Below, one piece after another: positions 1-10,589 of a DNA stretch of 64,000 bases. Source of the DNA: Methanomassiliicoccales archaeon (lineage in GTDB: Archaea; Thermoplasmatota; Thermoplasmata; Methanomassiliicoccales; UBA472). Below the pieces are notes generated by a model. That model did not search any database. It was not told where the DNA came from and worked only from the letters and a program-made list of their open reading frames with translations. Each line of letters starts with the position of its first letter. Position 1 is the first letter of the stretch. The stretch covers positions 8,260-72,259 of the forward strand of contig DASXVU010000044.1 in the NCBI GenBank assembly GCA_036504055.1. The letters run 5' to 3'. Position numbers and translations under genes: made by a program.

Positions 1-81
1 GTTGGAGAAAGGTCGAAATTTCGGCATTTGGTGGATCGCGGCAGTCTTCTTGACTTAGCTCCATTGCCTCAGGAAGATACA

Positions 82-1383
82 ATGGAAAAAGGGTGGAGAC
101 GTAGAGCGCTGGTCGCGATGGTCGTGGTCGGTATCCTGGCATTAGTGCCAATATTATCACTTGCCGAGGCAGGCGGCAATACTCGGGCTGGATCGAATGT
201 GAATATAAGGACCGATGTAACCGTGAAATGGCTGGGAGGCTCAGGAACTTCGATCGATGCAAGCGATCAGATCGGCCAGATCGGTTCAAATTCAGTCGAG
301 ATAAACGTAAATGAACTTGGGACCTTGGTTACGAATCAAGACATAGTCATCATCGATCAGGCGAGTTTGAACGATCTGCAATTGGCATCGGTTTCGGCCG
401 ATCTGACCAAAGTTATAGAATCCGGTATCCCAGTCATATTGATAAATAACGATCAATATTTATTAAGCAGGGCGGCTGATCGGATTCAAACCAATACAAA
501 TGAGGATAAGGCTGTGATTTCCGCAGAAAACCGGTCGGTCGAAGGAAATCACATTTCTCAACTTTATGCTGTCAATTGCACCATTTATGGTCTAAGATAC
601 TACCCATCAACTGGGGGCTCATCGACCTATAGCGGGGGCAGTCAAGGACAACAGGTCGATGCTGCGCAAGTGCGATCTGCCTATTCCTGGGCGTTTCAAA
701 AGATAGGCGGATCGTCGGAACTTGCATCGGGTTCGGCGCCCGCTTCATCAGGTGCGATGAGCATGTTGCTTACCCCACACTGGGTACACGACACCGATTT
801 CACTTACTCTGAACCAGCTGATACCACCCATGGCTACATGAACGTTGTGACAAACTATTACTACCTGGCTGACGACGGAGATTCAAATTTTAACTATTAC
901 TATGTAAAATACGGGCTTCTGGACATCCCTGGACAGACAGGTTACTGGGGATGGTCAAATGGAGACATGAACATAAACACCCAGAACCTTGCGGCCTTGG
1001 GGAGCGATTACCCGACAAGATGGCTGATAGATTACAGCCCCACCACACAGGTCAGCGGATCCATCATCAGCGTCAGCATCGATGCTAATGGACCAGCCGT
1101 TGGGTGGTCATTTCCCTTTGATCCCGTTGGAATTTATAATCAATGCGATCTAGGGGCGCCCCGCGCACAATGGTGGTATGACATCGATGAGGACAACTTA
1201 CAGTTCAGTCAATCATTATACGTGATCCACCCAGGAGCAGAGGTAAAGACCGAGCAGCTCTGGGGCGGATATTACCATGTGAATTATGACAAATATTCGA
1301 TAACGTGGTTCCATTGGAACGGTCTTTGGGAGGAATCATACACCTGGACCGCAATCCTTTCTGGGAATGTGTACCCTCTTTGA
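82..1383 (+). CDS. Hypothetical secreted or membrane-anchored protein
   Basis: ORF 28..1383. The internal ATG at 82 is followed by a basic stretch and a hydrophobic helix (RRRALVAMVVVGILALVPILSLAEAGG), typical of a signal or anchor sequence. The remainder is Ser/Gly/Tyr/Trp/Asn-rich and matches no family I recognise. Confidence 0.5.
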   Translation: MEKGWRRRALVAMVVVGILALVPILSLAEAGGNTRAGSNVNIRTDVTVKWLGGSGTSIDASDQIGQIGSNSVEINVNELGTLVTNQDIVIIDQASLNDLQLASVSADLTKVIESGIPVILINNDQYLLSRAADRIQTNTNEDKAVISAENRSVEGNHISQLYAVNCTIYGLRYYPSTGGSSTYSGGSQGQQVDAAQVRSAYSWAFQKIGGSSELASGSAPASSGAMSMLLTPHWVHDTDFTYSEPADTTHGYMNVVTNYYYLADDGDSNFNYYYVKYGLLDIPGQTGYWGWSNGDMNINTQNLAALGSDYPTRWLIDYSPTTQVSGSIISVSIDANGPAVGWSFPFDPVGIYNQCDLGAPRAQWWYDIDEDNLQFSQSLYVIHPGAEVKTEQLWGGYYHVNYDKYSITWFHWNGLWEESYTWTAILSGNVYPL

Positions 1384-1634
1384 CGACAAAACATCGTGGA
1401 GAGCACAAACCCAAAATTCCTTTTTTTCGGTCCACAGCTCATTTTGATTCTTCCGAGAAATTCGACAGTGAATTCGAGTCCATAAGAGCATTGATAGCCT
1501 CCGTGAACGGCTGGGACCATTTGGATCATCGTCACATGTTTTTTTATAGTTGCCGCAAACCCTAGTTCATGTTTCCTGGGGCTGGAATATAAAGGATCTC
1601 TCTGCAAGGTCCAGAAACATTCAGCGATAAAAGA

Positions 1635-4322
1635 TCAAGCTCCCCTGATGCCGCTGACCGGCACCGAAATAACGAATTTGGCTCCTTTCCCGGTCATTCC
1701 CTGTTCGGTCATGTCGATCCCGGTGATCGAAAGTATCTCGCGGGACAAGAATAGGCCGAATCCGTGACCCTTCCCAAAACCCTTGGTGAAAAGCTTCTCC
1801 TTGATGTCTGATTGGATGCCTACGCCGTCATCCTCGCAGATGATGGCACGCGACCCATCGCGATCGTCGACGGAGAATCGGATGGTCTTGATATCGCCTC
1901 CATGGATCTTCGCGTTCTGGATCAGATTGAGGAAAACCTTGCTTATCAGCGGGTCGGCGAATATCTCGGTGCTTCTGGGAAGGTCGTTGACGATCTCGAT
2001 CCCCCCAAGATGAAGATCGGCGGAGCATTTCTCCACCAGTTCATGGACGTTCTGCCATGAAGGTGCATGGATGCCGATGTCCTCATAGGTCTTGGTGAAC
2101 TGGATCATTGCGGATATCCGTTCAGCGGCCTTCTGGGCCTTGGCCAGATATAACTCCGCGGCTGAGGCGTTCTGCACGCTCTCCATCAACCCCAGATATC
2201 CGGTCAGAACGATCAATTGGTTGTTGATGTCATGCCGGGTGATGTTGGATAGCAGGTTGAGCTTCTTGTTGGTCTCTCGCAGCGCCGATTGGGCCTTCTC
2301 CCGTTCAGTGATGTCCATGAAACATTCCAACATCCTTTCCTTTCCGTGGATGCTGATCTTCTTGACGGTCTTCAAAATTGGACGGTTACTGCCATCGGCG
2401 CACATCAGCGTTCGCTCGAGGTTCTTCACCTCCATCCCGCTATCGCAAACTGGACATACGCCGTTAAGGCCTGGACAGAGATAGTCGTGACACACATCGC
2501 CTACCATCTCCCTTTCATCGCAGCCTAGCATTGCCGCCGCTGCCTCGTTCACGCTCTCTATCGTTCGTTTCACGGGATCGATGATGACCACTCCGATAGA
2601 TAGGTTCGACATCAGGTGCCGATGGAATTCCTCGCTCTCCCTGAGCTCTTTCTCCAGACGTTTCCGCTCGGTGATGTCACGGAATATGACCTGGGCGGTC
2701 GGTTTACCGTCCTCCAAATAGCTAGTGGCCATCACCTCGACGTCTATGACCCCTCCATTAAGTCGGCGGAACTTCTCCTCCATAAGAGGAGCAACGGTCC
2801 CAGGATTGGCGTAAAGGAAATTCATCCTGTGCTCAATGATCCCTTCTGAACCGGGTCCGGCGAACTCGGATACCGATCGTCCCAGATGGTCCTCGACCGA
2901 TCTCGCCCCCATGAGCATGCTGGCCGTTTCATTGGCTTGGACGATCTTGCCATTCTGGTGGGTGATGATCGCATCAAAGGATTGCTCCATCAGCCTCCTG
3001 AGACGATCCTCCTTCTCACCGAGCTCGCGATTGAGCTCCGTCATGTGCTTGTCGAGCTCTCGACGTTCGGTGACATCGATCCCCACCCCCATGAAGAAGG
3101 TGCCTTCCTTGGTGTCCAATCTGCTCGATGTCAAAAGATAAGGGACCTCTCGACCATCCTTCATCACCAACTGGGTTTCGAAGCTGGTCTTGCCCTCTGA
3201 CATACACGTTTCAATATCGTCCAGCGCCGCCTTGGCGTCCTCCGGCCGGAACCACTCAAATACGTGCTTGTCCAGCATCTCCTCGTCCGAGTAGCCGCTC
3301 ACCTCCCGGTGATTCTTGTTCCAGTTGACCATTCGCATGGTCTGCCCGTTATAAAGGTAGAAGATACCGGGGAGACTTTCCACCAGCGTCTCTGAGAGGG
3401 CCTTCTCCCTCTTCAGCTCCTCTTGTCCTTCGGTTATCGCCTTCAGTTGCTTGCGAAGTTCCTCTTGTGCCGCTGCCAGTTGTTGATTGACAGCGTTCAG
3501 TTCCTCATTGTTCTGTTTTAAGGACTGTTCAGATCTCTTACGTTCTGTTATGTCCCTGGCTATGACCTGGAAAGCATCGCATTTGCTGCCTTTCCTAATG
3601 CCCGAGGAGCGCAGCTCCACCCATCTTATGGTGCCATCCTTCCGGTGGACCCGGGCAACGATGGGAGAGGTAGGAAGACCTTTCATCATGGCGATTATCG
3701 ATTTTTGGAAGAGCTCAAGGGTTTCCTGATCAAAGACCCCGAGATCTGATACGCTTCCACCGATTATCTCTTCCTTATGCAATAGCACCATGTCGGCCGC
3801 GGCCTGGTTGCAGTTCAATACTTCGCCCTTGACACCGACGATCGAAATGGAATCTGGGTTATCTTGGAACAATGTGCGGAACTCCGATTCGCTGTCCAAC
3901 AATGCGGACTCGGCATGGTGCCTTCGAACTATGGTGGTTATCCTGTGTTCCAGTTCCGCGAAGAGCGATCTAGGTTCTCCGCCCTTTTGGAGATATGCAT
4001 CGGCACCATTGTTTATCGCTTCAATTACGACCTCTTCCCTGCCTTTGCCAGTGAATAGAATGAAAGGGATGGTGTCCCCAGAAGCACGCAACGATTTGAG
4101 GAATCTTATGCCGTCCTCACCAGGCATCTGGTAATCGGATACGATCGCATCATAATATTTTTTGGCGATCGACTCTCTGGCTTCCTCCACCGACCGGGCC
4201 ACGTCAACCTTTATCGACCCAGACATCTCTAGAAATTCCTTTGTCAGATCGCATATGTAGGGTTCGTCATCGACGGACAGGATCTGTATTGCTTGTGGCG
4301 ACATCAGGCCAGCTTTGACCAT
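1635..4322 (-). CDS. Hybrid sensor histidine kinase (receiver domain, multiple PAS modules, HATPase)
   Basis: 895-aa ORF. N-terminal receiver (ILSVDDEP...SDYQMPGEDG...LFTGKG). Four to five PAS-like modules, each ending in a D-I/V-T-E-R-K/R motif. H-box ITRHDINNQL. C-terminal ATPase motifs (DDGVGI, GHGFGL). Confidence 0.85.
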   Translation of the reverse strand: MVKAGLMSPQAIQILSVDDEPYICDLTKEFLEMSGSIKVDVARSVEEARESIAKKYYDAIVSDYQMPGEDGIRFLKSLRASGDTIPFILFTGKGREEVVIEAINNGADAYLQKGGEPRSLFAELEHRITTIVRRHHAESALLDSESEFRTLFQDNPDSISIVGVKGEVLNCNQAAADMVLLHKEEIIGGSVSDLGVFDQETLELFQKSIIAMMKGLPTSPIVARVHRKDGTIRWVELRSSGIRKGSKCDAFQVIARDITERKRSEQSLKQNNEELNAVNQQLAAAQEELRKQLKAITEGQEELKREKALSETLVESLPGIFYLYNGQTMRMVNWNKNHREVSGYSDEEMLDKHVFEWFRPEDAKAALDDIETCMSEGKTSFETQLVMKDGREVPYLLTSSRLDTKEGTFFMGVGIDVTERRELDKHMTELNRELGEKEDRLRRLMEQSFDAIITHQNGKIVQANETASMLMGARSVEDHLGRSVSEFAGPGSEGIIEHRMNFLYANPGTVAPLMEEKFRRLNGGVIDVEVMATSYLEDGKPTAQVIFRDITERKRLEKELRESEEFHRHLMSNLSIGVVIIDPVKRTIESVNEAAAAMLGCDEREMVGDVCHDYLCPGLNGVCPVCDSGMEVKNLERTLMCADGSNRPILKTVKKISIHGKERMLECFMDITEREKAQSALRETNKKLNLLSNITRHDINNQLIVLTGYLGLMESVQNASAAELYLAKAQKAAERISAMIQFTKTYEDIGIHAPSWQNVHELVEKCSADLHLGGIEIVNDLPRSTEIFADPLISKVFLNLIQNAKIHGGDIKTIRFSVDDRDGSRAIICEDDGVGIQSDIKEKLFTKGFGKGHGFGLFLSREILSITGIDMTEQGMTGKGAKFVISVPVSGIRGA

Positions 4323-4617
4323 ATTATGCGTATTTATTTTATTCTCTCAGCATAGATTTCAATTTGGCAGGCTCTATCCGATGCATGCTTTTGCCTTAGC
4401 GGTCTTGAGAGTCACCTATCTTTAGACGTCTCATGTATGTCACATGACCTCCTTCAGGTCGTTATGGACATTTCTACGGGTACGTTCCCTCACCATATCG
4501 CTCCTTCCATAATCATGAGATGATCGAACGCCATCCGGACCGATAAATGTCCTAATGTGGATACTTAGAATCCATAGCATCCGCTCATGGCTATGTTTGC
4601 GGAACGGTTACGCACCC

Positions 4618-5067
4618 TTAAGAGAGGCTTCTCTGTGCGCGCTTTTCCTTTACCAACAAAGAGTAGATCGTCTCTTTTGTCTTCTTTATGTTGGTTTCCA
4701 AGGCCGGCCCATCGGCATCCTTCAACAGCGTTTTAAGCTCATGCAGAACCAGAATCTCGGGGTAGGGTTTTCCGAAGTAGTTCTCGTCATAGATTAGCCT
4801 GTCCAAGGAATCAACCAATTTTTCCAAAACCTTCTTTATATCGTCTTCCTTGGATCTTATGCTGTTATCGATCGAATCGTCGATCATGTCCAGTTTTTTG
4901 CTGATCCTTACCAACACACCTTTGATTTTTATATCCATCTCCTCACCCAGTCTGTAGACTTTTTCTCCATGGGACATGCTGATCGAAACATTTTTGCTCA
5001 TGTCCCTAGGGTTTTTATCCCATCCGTAAATGCATGGATCGAGGAAAGTCGCTGTTCTAAATTTCAC
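4618..5067 (-). CDS. Hypothetical protein (charged, helical), in a lower-GC patch
   Basis: 149-aa ORF with no competing ORF of similar size. Lys/Asp/Glu-rich with no recognisable motif. Confidence 0.4.
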   Translation of the reverse strand: MKFRTATFLDPCIYGWDKNPRDMSKNVSISMSHGEKVYRLGEEMDIKIKGVLVRISKKLDMIDDSIDNSIRSKEDDIKKVLEKLVDSLDRLIYDENYFGKPYPEILVLHELKTLLKDADGPALETNIKKTKETIYSLLVKEKRAQRSLS

Positions 5068-5250
5068 CTTTCCTCGGGGTATGTATGCGCTTCATATAGT
5101 TTTTAATTTCGGACAGTTTGACCATAATATTCTATCCGACCAATATGAAACATTCGCTCTGGCATCGATTATTCTTAAAAATAAGGAAACATTCCATCGA
5201 TGTGCCGGAAAAGGCGAAGATTGACACTATCGGAAACATATTCGTGGGCG

Positions 5251-5394
5251 CTACCTGAATCTTAGGATGCTTAGGATTACCAATACAACGGCGGTCAGGA
5301 TAACGGCACCAAACAGCCCAAAAGTGAAAAGGCCCAGTGCGAATGCCGCTACAGATCCGAGTCCCAATGTTTCCCAGTGCATCCTTTTTGCCAT
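5251..5394 (-). CDS. Possible 47-aa small membrane peptide
   Basis: Hand-translated, below the ORF-track cutoff: MAKRMHWETLGLGSVAAFALGLFTFGLFGAVILTAVVLVILSILRFR, then TAG. It has two hydrophobic helices. No other support. Confidence 0.3.
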   Translation of the reverse strand: MAKRMHWETLGLGSVAAFALGLFTFGLFGAVILTAVVLVILSILRFR

Positions 5395-5647
5395 TATCTT
5401 CCTTCCTCCTGAACTAAATCCCGGTCTAAAAGACTGACGGTCGTACGTGGTCGATGATCCCTGGTCATTTCGATTTCTCAGGCCAAAATGGGGCCTCTTG
5501 CCTTACCTGAGGCTGCTTTGAAACCGCTCATCTCTCATCATCCAATCAGGCGAAAATGGTGTATGGATCACACATGGCTCAACACTCTCGGTGGTCCTAA
5601 CCACTATTCGGGTTCTCCCGACGAACGAACCGACCTATGGCCTGAGA

Positions 5648-6511
5648 TTATTGGATCATGTCCAATCCAGTGAGTTTTGCACTTATATCCCAAAGCCTTT
5701 TGGCGACCTCCTGGTCGGTCGATTCTGGCGAGGACGATACCACTCTTTTCTTGGAAAAGTATTTTCCCGATACGTTCTCCATCTCTGGAGCCGAGGCCAG
5801 ATAGATCGATGTCGTCGCTCCTTTTCGCGCCGATATCATGAACGGATAGGCCAATGGGACGAAGGCCTTGGCGGCTCCCTCAAGCTCATGGCCGAAATTG
5901 GTGCGGACGACTCCTGGATGCAGACAGTTCGCGGTCACCCCGGTCCCCTGCAGCCGTCTGGCCAGCTCGAAACAGAAAAGCAGATTCGCCAGTTTGGAGC
6001 GACCATAAGCCTTGAACGAGGAGTAGTTCTTTTCCATCATAAGGTCATTGAAATCCAGATGGGCACTGGAATGGGCCGCTGAACCGACCACGATCACCCT
6101 GGACGGGGCGCTTCTCTTGAGGACGTCCAGCAGCAGATTGGTAAGCAGGAAATGAGATAGGTGATTCACCTGGAAGGTATACTCGAAACCATCAATGGTA
6201 ACCTTTCGTTTGCCGGAGACCAGCCCGGCGTTGTCGATAAGCACGTCGAGTCGCTGATATCCGGTCCTGAAGACATCAGCGGCCTTTCTCACACTGTCAA
6301 GGGATGCCAGGTCGCATTTGATGAAATCTGTCTCCATGTTTCCGGTCCTCCTTTTGATATTCTCTATCGTCGCCGCCGCCTTCTCTGCGTTGCGTGCCAG
6401 GATGACCACCTTGGCTCCCATTCCCGCCAATCCGTACGCCGTTTCCCGGCCTATGCCTGAGGTTGCCCCGGTTATGAGAACTATCTTGCCTTTCATTTGA
6501 TCGTTCGCCAT
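5648..6511 (-). CDS. Short-chain dehydrogenase/reductase (retinol-dehydrogenase-like SDR)
   Basis: TGATSGIGRE Rossmann motif directly after the ATG at 6511. NAG motif and YxxxK (YGRSK). The ORF-track start at 6619 adds 36 non-conserved residues. Confidence 0.8.
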   Translation of the reverse strand: MANDQMKGKIVLITGATSGIGRETAYGLAGMGAKVVILARNAEKAAATIENIKRRTGNMETDFIKCDLASLDSVRKAADVFRTGYQRLDVLIDNAGLVSGKRKVTIDGFEYTFQVNHLSHFLLTNLLLDVLKRSAPSRVIVVGSAAHSSAHLDFNDLMMEKNYSSFKAYGRSKLANLLFCFELARRLQGTGVTANCLHPGVVRTNFGHELEGAAKAFVPLAYPFMISARKGATTSIYLASAPEMENVSGKYFSKKRVVSSSPESTDQEVAKRLWDISAKLTGLDMIQ

Positions 6512-6636
6512 GATCACTTCACCACAGAGTGCTTCGGACCGCTGCCCACAAGAAACCTTCGGTCCTTGAATGACCAACGAAACCAACTGGGTTTTCTGCA
6601 AACTCTTAAGATGGTTCAATAGGATTGGTCAATCAC

Positions 6637-7401
6637 ATGGTGAACATTTACTTCGTCGGCACCGCCGGAAGCGGAAAGAGCTCGCTGGTCTATGCATTCC
6701 AGCAGTGGATGACCCTTCAAGGGCTTGACTGCATCACCATCAACCTAGACCCTGGTGCGGAGTTCATCCCGTACGAACCGGACATTGACATCCGGGACTG
6801 GGTGAAGGTGGGCGAGGTCATGGCCGATTACGGCCTCGGTCCGAACGGAGCCCAGATCGTCTGCGCCGACCTGATGGCCCTGCACGTGAAGGAACTGGTC
6901 GCCGCGGTCGAAGGGTTCAAGACCCCTTACGTACTGATCGACACGCCGGGGCAGATAGAGCTGTTCGCGTTCAGGCAGAGCAGCCAGGTGATAATCGAGC
7001 AGTTGGGGCAGGACGAATCGTTCTTGGTCTTCCTTTCGGACCCTCTCCTGGTCAAGACACCGTCCGGTTTCGTTTCCTCGCTCATGCTCTGTGCCACCAC
7101 CCATTTCAGGTTTGCCATCCCGTTCGTCAACGTCCTGTCGAAATCAGACATGTTGAGCGAGGAGGACCTGGAGCGCGTGCTCGAATGGTCCCGGGAGCCA
7201 GAGGCGTTGAACGCGATCCTGATGGACGATGAGGCACATTCTCGTGTGCCGCTCTCCCTGGAACTGTTCAAGGCGCTGGAGAGCATAGGCATGTACCGGA
7301 CCCTGACGCCGGTCTCCGCCGAACTGCAGGAAGGGATGGAGGACGTATACAATGCCATCCAGCAATCCTACCAAGGCGGGGAGGACCTGAGAAGCGACTG
7401 A
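6637..7401 (+). CDS. GPN-loop GTPase (PAB0955 family)
   Basis: P-loop GTAGSGKSS immediately after the ATG at 6637. The GPN motif sits within GLGPNGA, and DTPGQIE is the switch II motif. The track start at 6625 is a TTG. Confidence 0.85.
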   Translation: MVNIYFVGTAGSGKSSLVYAFQQWMTLQGLDCITINLDPGAEFIPYEPDIDIRDWVKVGEVMADYGLGPNGAQIVCADLMALHVKELVAAVEGFKTPYVLIDTPGQIELFAFRQSSQVIIEQLGQDESFLVFLSDPLLVKTPSGFVSSLMLCATTHFRFAIPFVNVLSKSDMLSEEDLERVLEWSREPEALNAILMDDEAHSRVPLSLELFKALESIGMYRTLTPVSAELQEGMEDVYNAIQQSYQGGEDLRSD

Positions 7402-7517
7402 TCCCTTGCAAGGGGGCGGTCGTTCATAAGGGCCCCATGTCATCGCCTTGACCAACTCGATCCCGCGCTCGCATGGACCCCGATTCCACACCCAAGTCAA
7501 GGAAGGATCGGTCGCGA

Positions 7518-8702
7518 TCATTCAGCAGGTCCGATAAGCGCTTCTATGTCCAAGACCCACGATCTGATGGTCCCCAAAGCGTCCTCGACCTTCTTTGGGT
7601 CCTTTTCGAATCCCTTTAAAAGCTCGGCCTGGTGGAGATAATACTTGCGCAAGGCCCGCAGCGTGGCAGACCCCCTCGTCGACAAACTTCTTGCCTGGTC
7701 TGCCTGGATGGATGAAAGAGCATTGTCCATCTCGTCAATGAAGAACCCAGTATGTTTCCTGAAGTCCCTAGCCACCCATTGCCGCTCGAAAAGATTCCGT
7801 GATTTCCAGCCTCGCGTCTGTTCACGATAGGTGGAAACAACCTTGTCCAGCAGGTCCTTTGGTAGAGCCGATGGGCTTGGCCCGCCTATCTCTTCTACAA
7901 TCCCCGCCGGTTCGATTCCCATGTCCTTGAGGACCTGGATCGAACTGACCTCTTTGCCGTGATACTTATCTGCCATCGCCACAGACCCTGCGAAGCCGAC
8001 CCCGGCCTCTTCGATGGTCAGCAAGGCTGCCCGGTTCACATTCAACAGTTCTTCAGTGGTCAGTCCCATGAAGGAGGCTACCTGGCCCCCTCCATCGAGG
8101 AACCCCGGCGTGGGAACTATTCCTGGGCCGATGGTAAAGGCGTTGACCCCGGTCCCATCGATCTCTGCACTGATCGTGTTGGACAGTTCCACCTGGGACG
8201 TTTTGAAGACCTCATATGCCCCCATGAAGGGTGCAGCCCCGGATGATGAGACACATACGAAGGTCCCATGCTTGGATCGGATCATTTCCGGTAGGAAAGC
8301 CCTCGCCATCAACACCGGCCCCCTAAGGTTTACCCGGTAGCTGCGGTCCCACGATTCGATCGGCACCTGAACAACCGGACCCATAGGAAATATCGTGGCA
8401 TTATTGATAACGACCGTCGCTGACCCGAAGGACCTCCTGGTTTCGGTCACCAATTGCGTAATACTTCCTTCGTCTCCCACATCCGTTCTGGTGAAAATGA
8501 CCCGTTCCTTTCCGAACTCCGCCTCCATCTTTTCAGCCGCAATTCGTCCATTGGCTTCGTCGATCTCCGCGATCACGACCTTTGCCCCGAGCCAAAGCAA
8601 AGCCCTCGCTGTCTCAAATCCTATGCCCCTTCCCGACCCGGTCACTATGGCGACCTCGTCCGCAAGTGCGTTCTTTGACAGTTTGCTCGATTCGATCAGC
8701 AT
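7518..8702 (-). CDS. SDR-family oxidoreductase with ~140-aa C-terminal helical extension
   Basis: TGSGRGIG glycine-rich motif, NNA, and a Y..K catalytic region (YEVFK). At 394 aa it is longer than a classical SDR. Confidence 0.75.
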   Translation of the reverse strand: MLIESSKLSKNALADEVAIVTGSGRGIGFETARALLWLGAKVVIAEIDEANGRIAAEKMEAEFGKERVIFTRTDVGDEGSITQLVTETRRSFGSATVVINNATIFPMGPVVQVPIESWDRSYRVNLRGPVLMARAFLPEMIRSKHGTFVCVSSSGAAPFMGAYEVFKTSQVELSNTISAEIDGTGVNAFTIGPGIVPTPGFLDGGGQVASFMGLTTEELLNVNRAALLTIEEAGVGFAGSVAMADKYHGKEVSSIQVLKDMGIEPAGIVEEIGGPSPSALPKDLLDKVVSTYREQTRGWKSRNLFERQWVARDFRKHTGFFIDEMDNALSSIQADQARSLSTRGSATLRALRKYYLHQAELLKGFEKDPKKVEDALGTIRSWVLDIEALIGPAE

Positions 8703-8829
8703 GTCGGAACCTGAAGACGTAACGATGTGGTGGCCTGATTATTGTTTCTAGCGGATGGACAGCCCTCCTTCCGGACAGCCTCCGAGGGGGTAATTGGCTT
8801 TAAGAAATGGACCGTCCGTATCTTTCCTC

Positions 8830-9024
8830 ATGTCAAAGACGATCTTGACCTGCCCTCAATGCGGCTCGTCCGATCTATACTATGAAAACGCCATGATAAC
8901 CGGCGTCATTTATCACTGCAAGAAGTGCGATTACGTGGGACCGGTTGTTCTGGAGAGGGACATGACGGAAGAAGAGATCGAGGCCATGAACAAGGATAAG
9001 GCCGGCCGGAAAAAAAGGGTCTGA
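8830..9024 (+). CDS. Small zinc-ribbon protein
   Basis: CPQC...CKKC four-Cys arrangement followed by a Lys/Glu-rich tail. ATG at 8830. Confidence 0.45.
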   Translation: MSKTILTCPQCGSSDLYYENAMITGVIYHCKKCDYVGPVVLERDMTEEEIEAMNKDKAGRKKRV

Positions 9025-9192
9025 CGCCGTTCCCTGCGTTGACATAGGGCATGGTCTCGGTCCATATTGCCGTGATGACCTGGGCCGATCATCGGTCGAA
9101 TTGATCCAGCTGAGGAACGGCCCCAAAGATAAATCCGGGCCAGAGGAAGATGCCCTGCTTGGTGGGATGAAAAAGGAGGAATTGAAAGGGGT

Positions 9193-10413
9193 TTATGCGA
9201 ACATCGCACCGGTCTCGGATTGCTTGATCTCGTCGGTCTCCAGGACCTTGGTGATCGCCCTCTCGAAATCGCCTCCGGTGACATAGTCCCGGTTGTCCCT
9301 GATGGCGAACATGCCGGCCTCTGTGCATATGGCGCGGATGTCTGCACCGGTTGCGAACTCGGCCTTGGCCGCCAGTTCGATGGCCAGGACCGATTCGTCG
9401 ACGTTCATCTTCTTCATCTGTATCTTGAAGATGGCCAGCCTGCCTTCGTAGTTCGGCACTGGTATCTCAATGATACGATCGAAGCGTCCCGGTCTCAAGA
9501 GTGCCTCGTCCAGTATGTCCGGGCGGTTGGTGGCCCCTATGATCTTGACATCGGCCAGCGGGTTGAATCCATCCAGCTCGGCCAGGAGCTGCATAAGGGT
9601 GCGCTGTACCTCGCGGTCTCCGGATGTGGCGACATCAAGGCGCTTCGCTCCGATCGAGTCGAGCTCGTCGATGAACACAATGGATGGTGCCTTGTCCTTG
9701 GCCAGCTCGAACAATTCCCGGACCAGTCGGGCGCCTTCGCCGATGTACTTCTGGACCAGTTCCGAGCCGACCATCCTGATGAAGGTGGCATTCGTCTGGT
9801 GCGCAACGGCCTTGGCGAGCAGGGTCTTTCCCGTTCCCGGCGGCCCTACCAGAAGGACCCCCTTTGGCGGCTCGATGCCCACTCTCTTGTAAAGCTCAGG
9901 TCTCAGCAGCGGGTCTTCCACCGCCTCCCGGATCTCGATAATCTGCTCCTCTAGCCCGCCGACGTCGTCGTACGATATGCTTGGCTTGTCGATTATCTCG
10001 GCCCCGATGACGATCGGGTCCAGTGATGAGGGCAGGACCGACATGACTGCCAGCGTCTGCTTGTTGAGGGCCACTCTGGCGCCAACGGTTATCTCGTCGG
10101 TCGGAACGTATTCTGAGGTCGTAACTATGAAGTCAGGCCCGGTGGAGCTCTTCACGATGACCCTTCCATCGGCGAGCACGTCCTTGATGTTGCCTATGAT
10201 CAGCGGAGGGGATTTCAGCCTCTCCAGCTCCGAGCGCATGCGTTTCAGCTCCTTCTGCAGTCGGAATAGCTCGCTCTCCACGTATCTCTTTTCGCCCTCG
10301 ACCCTCCTTACTTCCTCCAGAAGCTCAGAGTTTTGGCGTTCGACCATCTCCATCTTGTCCTTGGTTTCTTTGGAGATATAGTCGTCGAGCTGTTCGTCAC
10401 TCAATCTTGGCAC
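9193..10413 (-). CDS. pan: Proteasome-activating nucleotidase (PAN, AAA+ ATPase)
   Basis: N-terminal coiled coil, OB region, Walker A GPPGTGKT, Walker B IVFIDELD, and second region of homology. 406 aa. Confidence 0.95.
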   Translation of the reverse strand: MPRLSDEQLDDYISKETKDKMEMVERQNSELLEEVRRVEGEKRYVESELFRLQKELKRMRSELERLKSPPLIIGNIKDVLADGRVIVKSSTGPDFIVTTSEYVPTDEITVGARVALNKQTLAVMSVLPSSLDPIVIGAEIIDKPSISYDDVGGLEEQIIEIREAVEDPLLRPELYKRVGIEPPKGVLLVGPPGTGKTLLAKAVAHQTNATFIRMVGSELVQKYIGEGARLVRELFELAKDKAPSIVFIDELDSIGAKRLDVATSGDREVQRTLMQLLAELDGFNPLADVKIIGATNRPDILDEALLRPGRFDRIIEIPVPNYEGRLAIFKIQMKKMNVDESVLAIELAAKAEFATGADIRAICTEAGMFAIRDNRDYVTGGDFERAITKVLETDEIKQSETGAMFA

Positions 10414-10589
10414 CTCGTTCTCTCATATAAAAGCGCTCTATATATGACAGTTTCGTGCCGATTCGCGTGGGGGAACGAAGGAGGTGTAGCTTGTCCAGCA
10501 TTTTTTGGGCACTATGTCAGCACCGTGGGCCCGACGGACGGGAAAAGGAGAACATTAAATCGGGGAAGGTCATTTGTGCTACGATTGAC

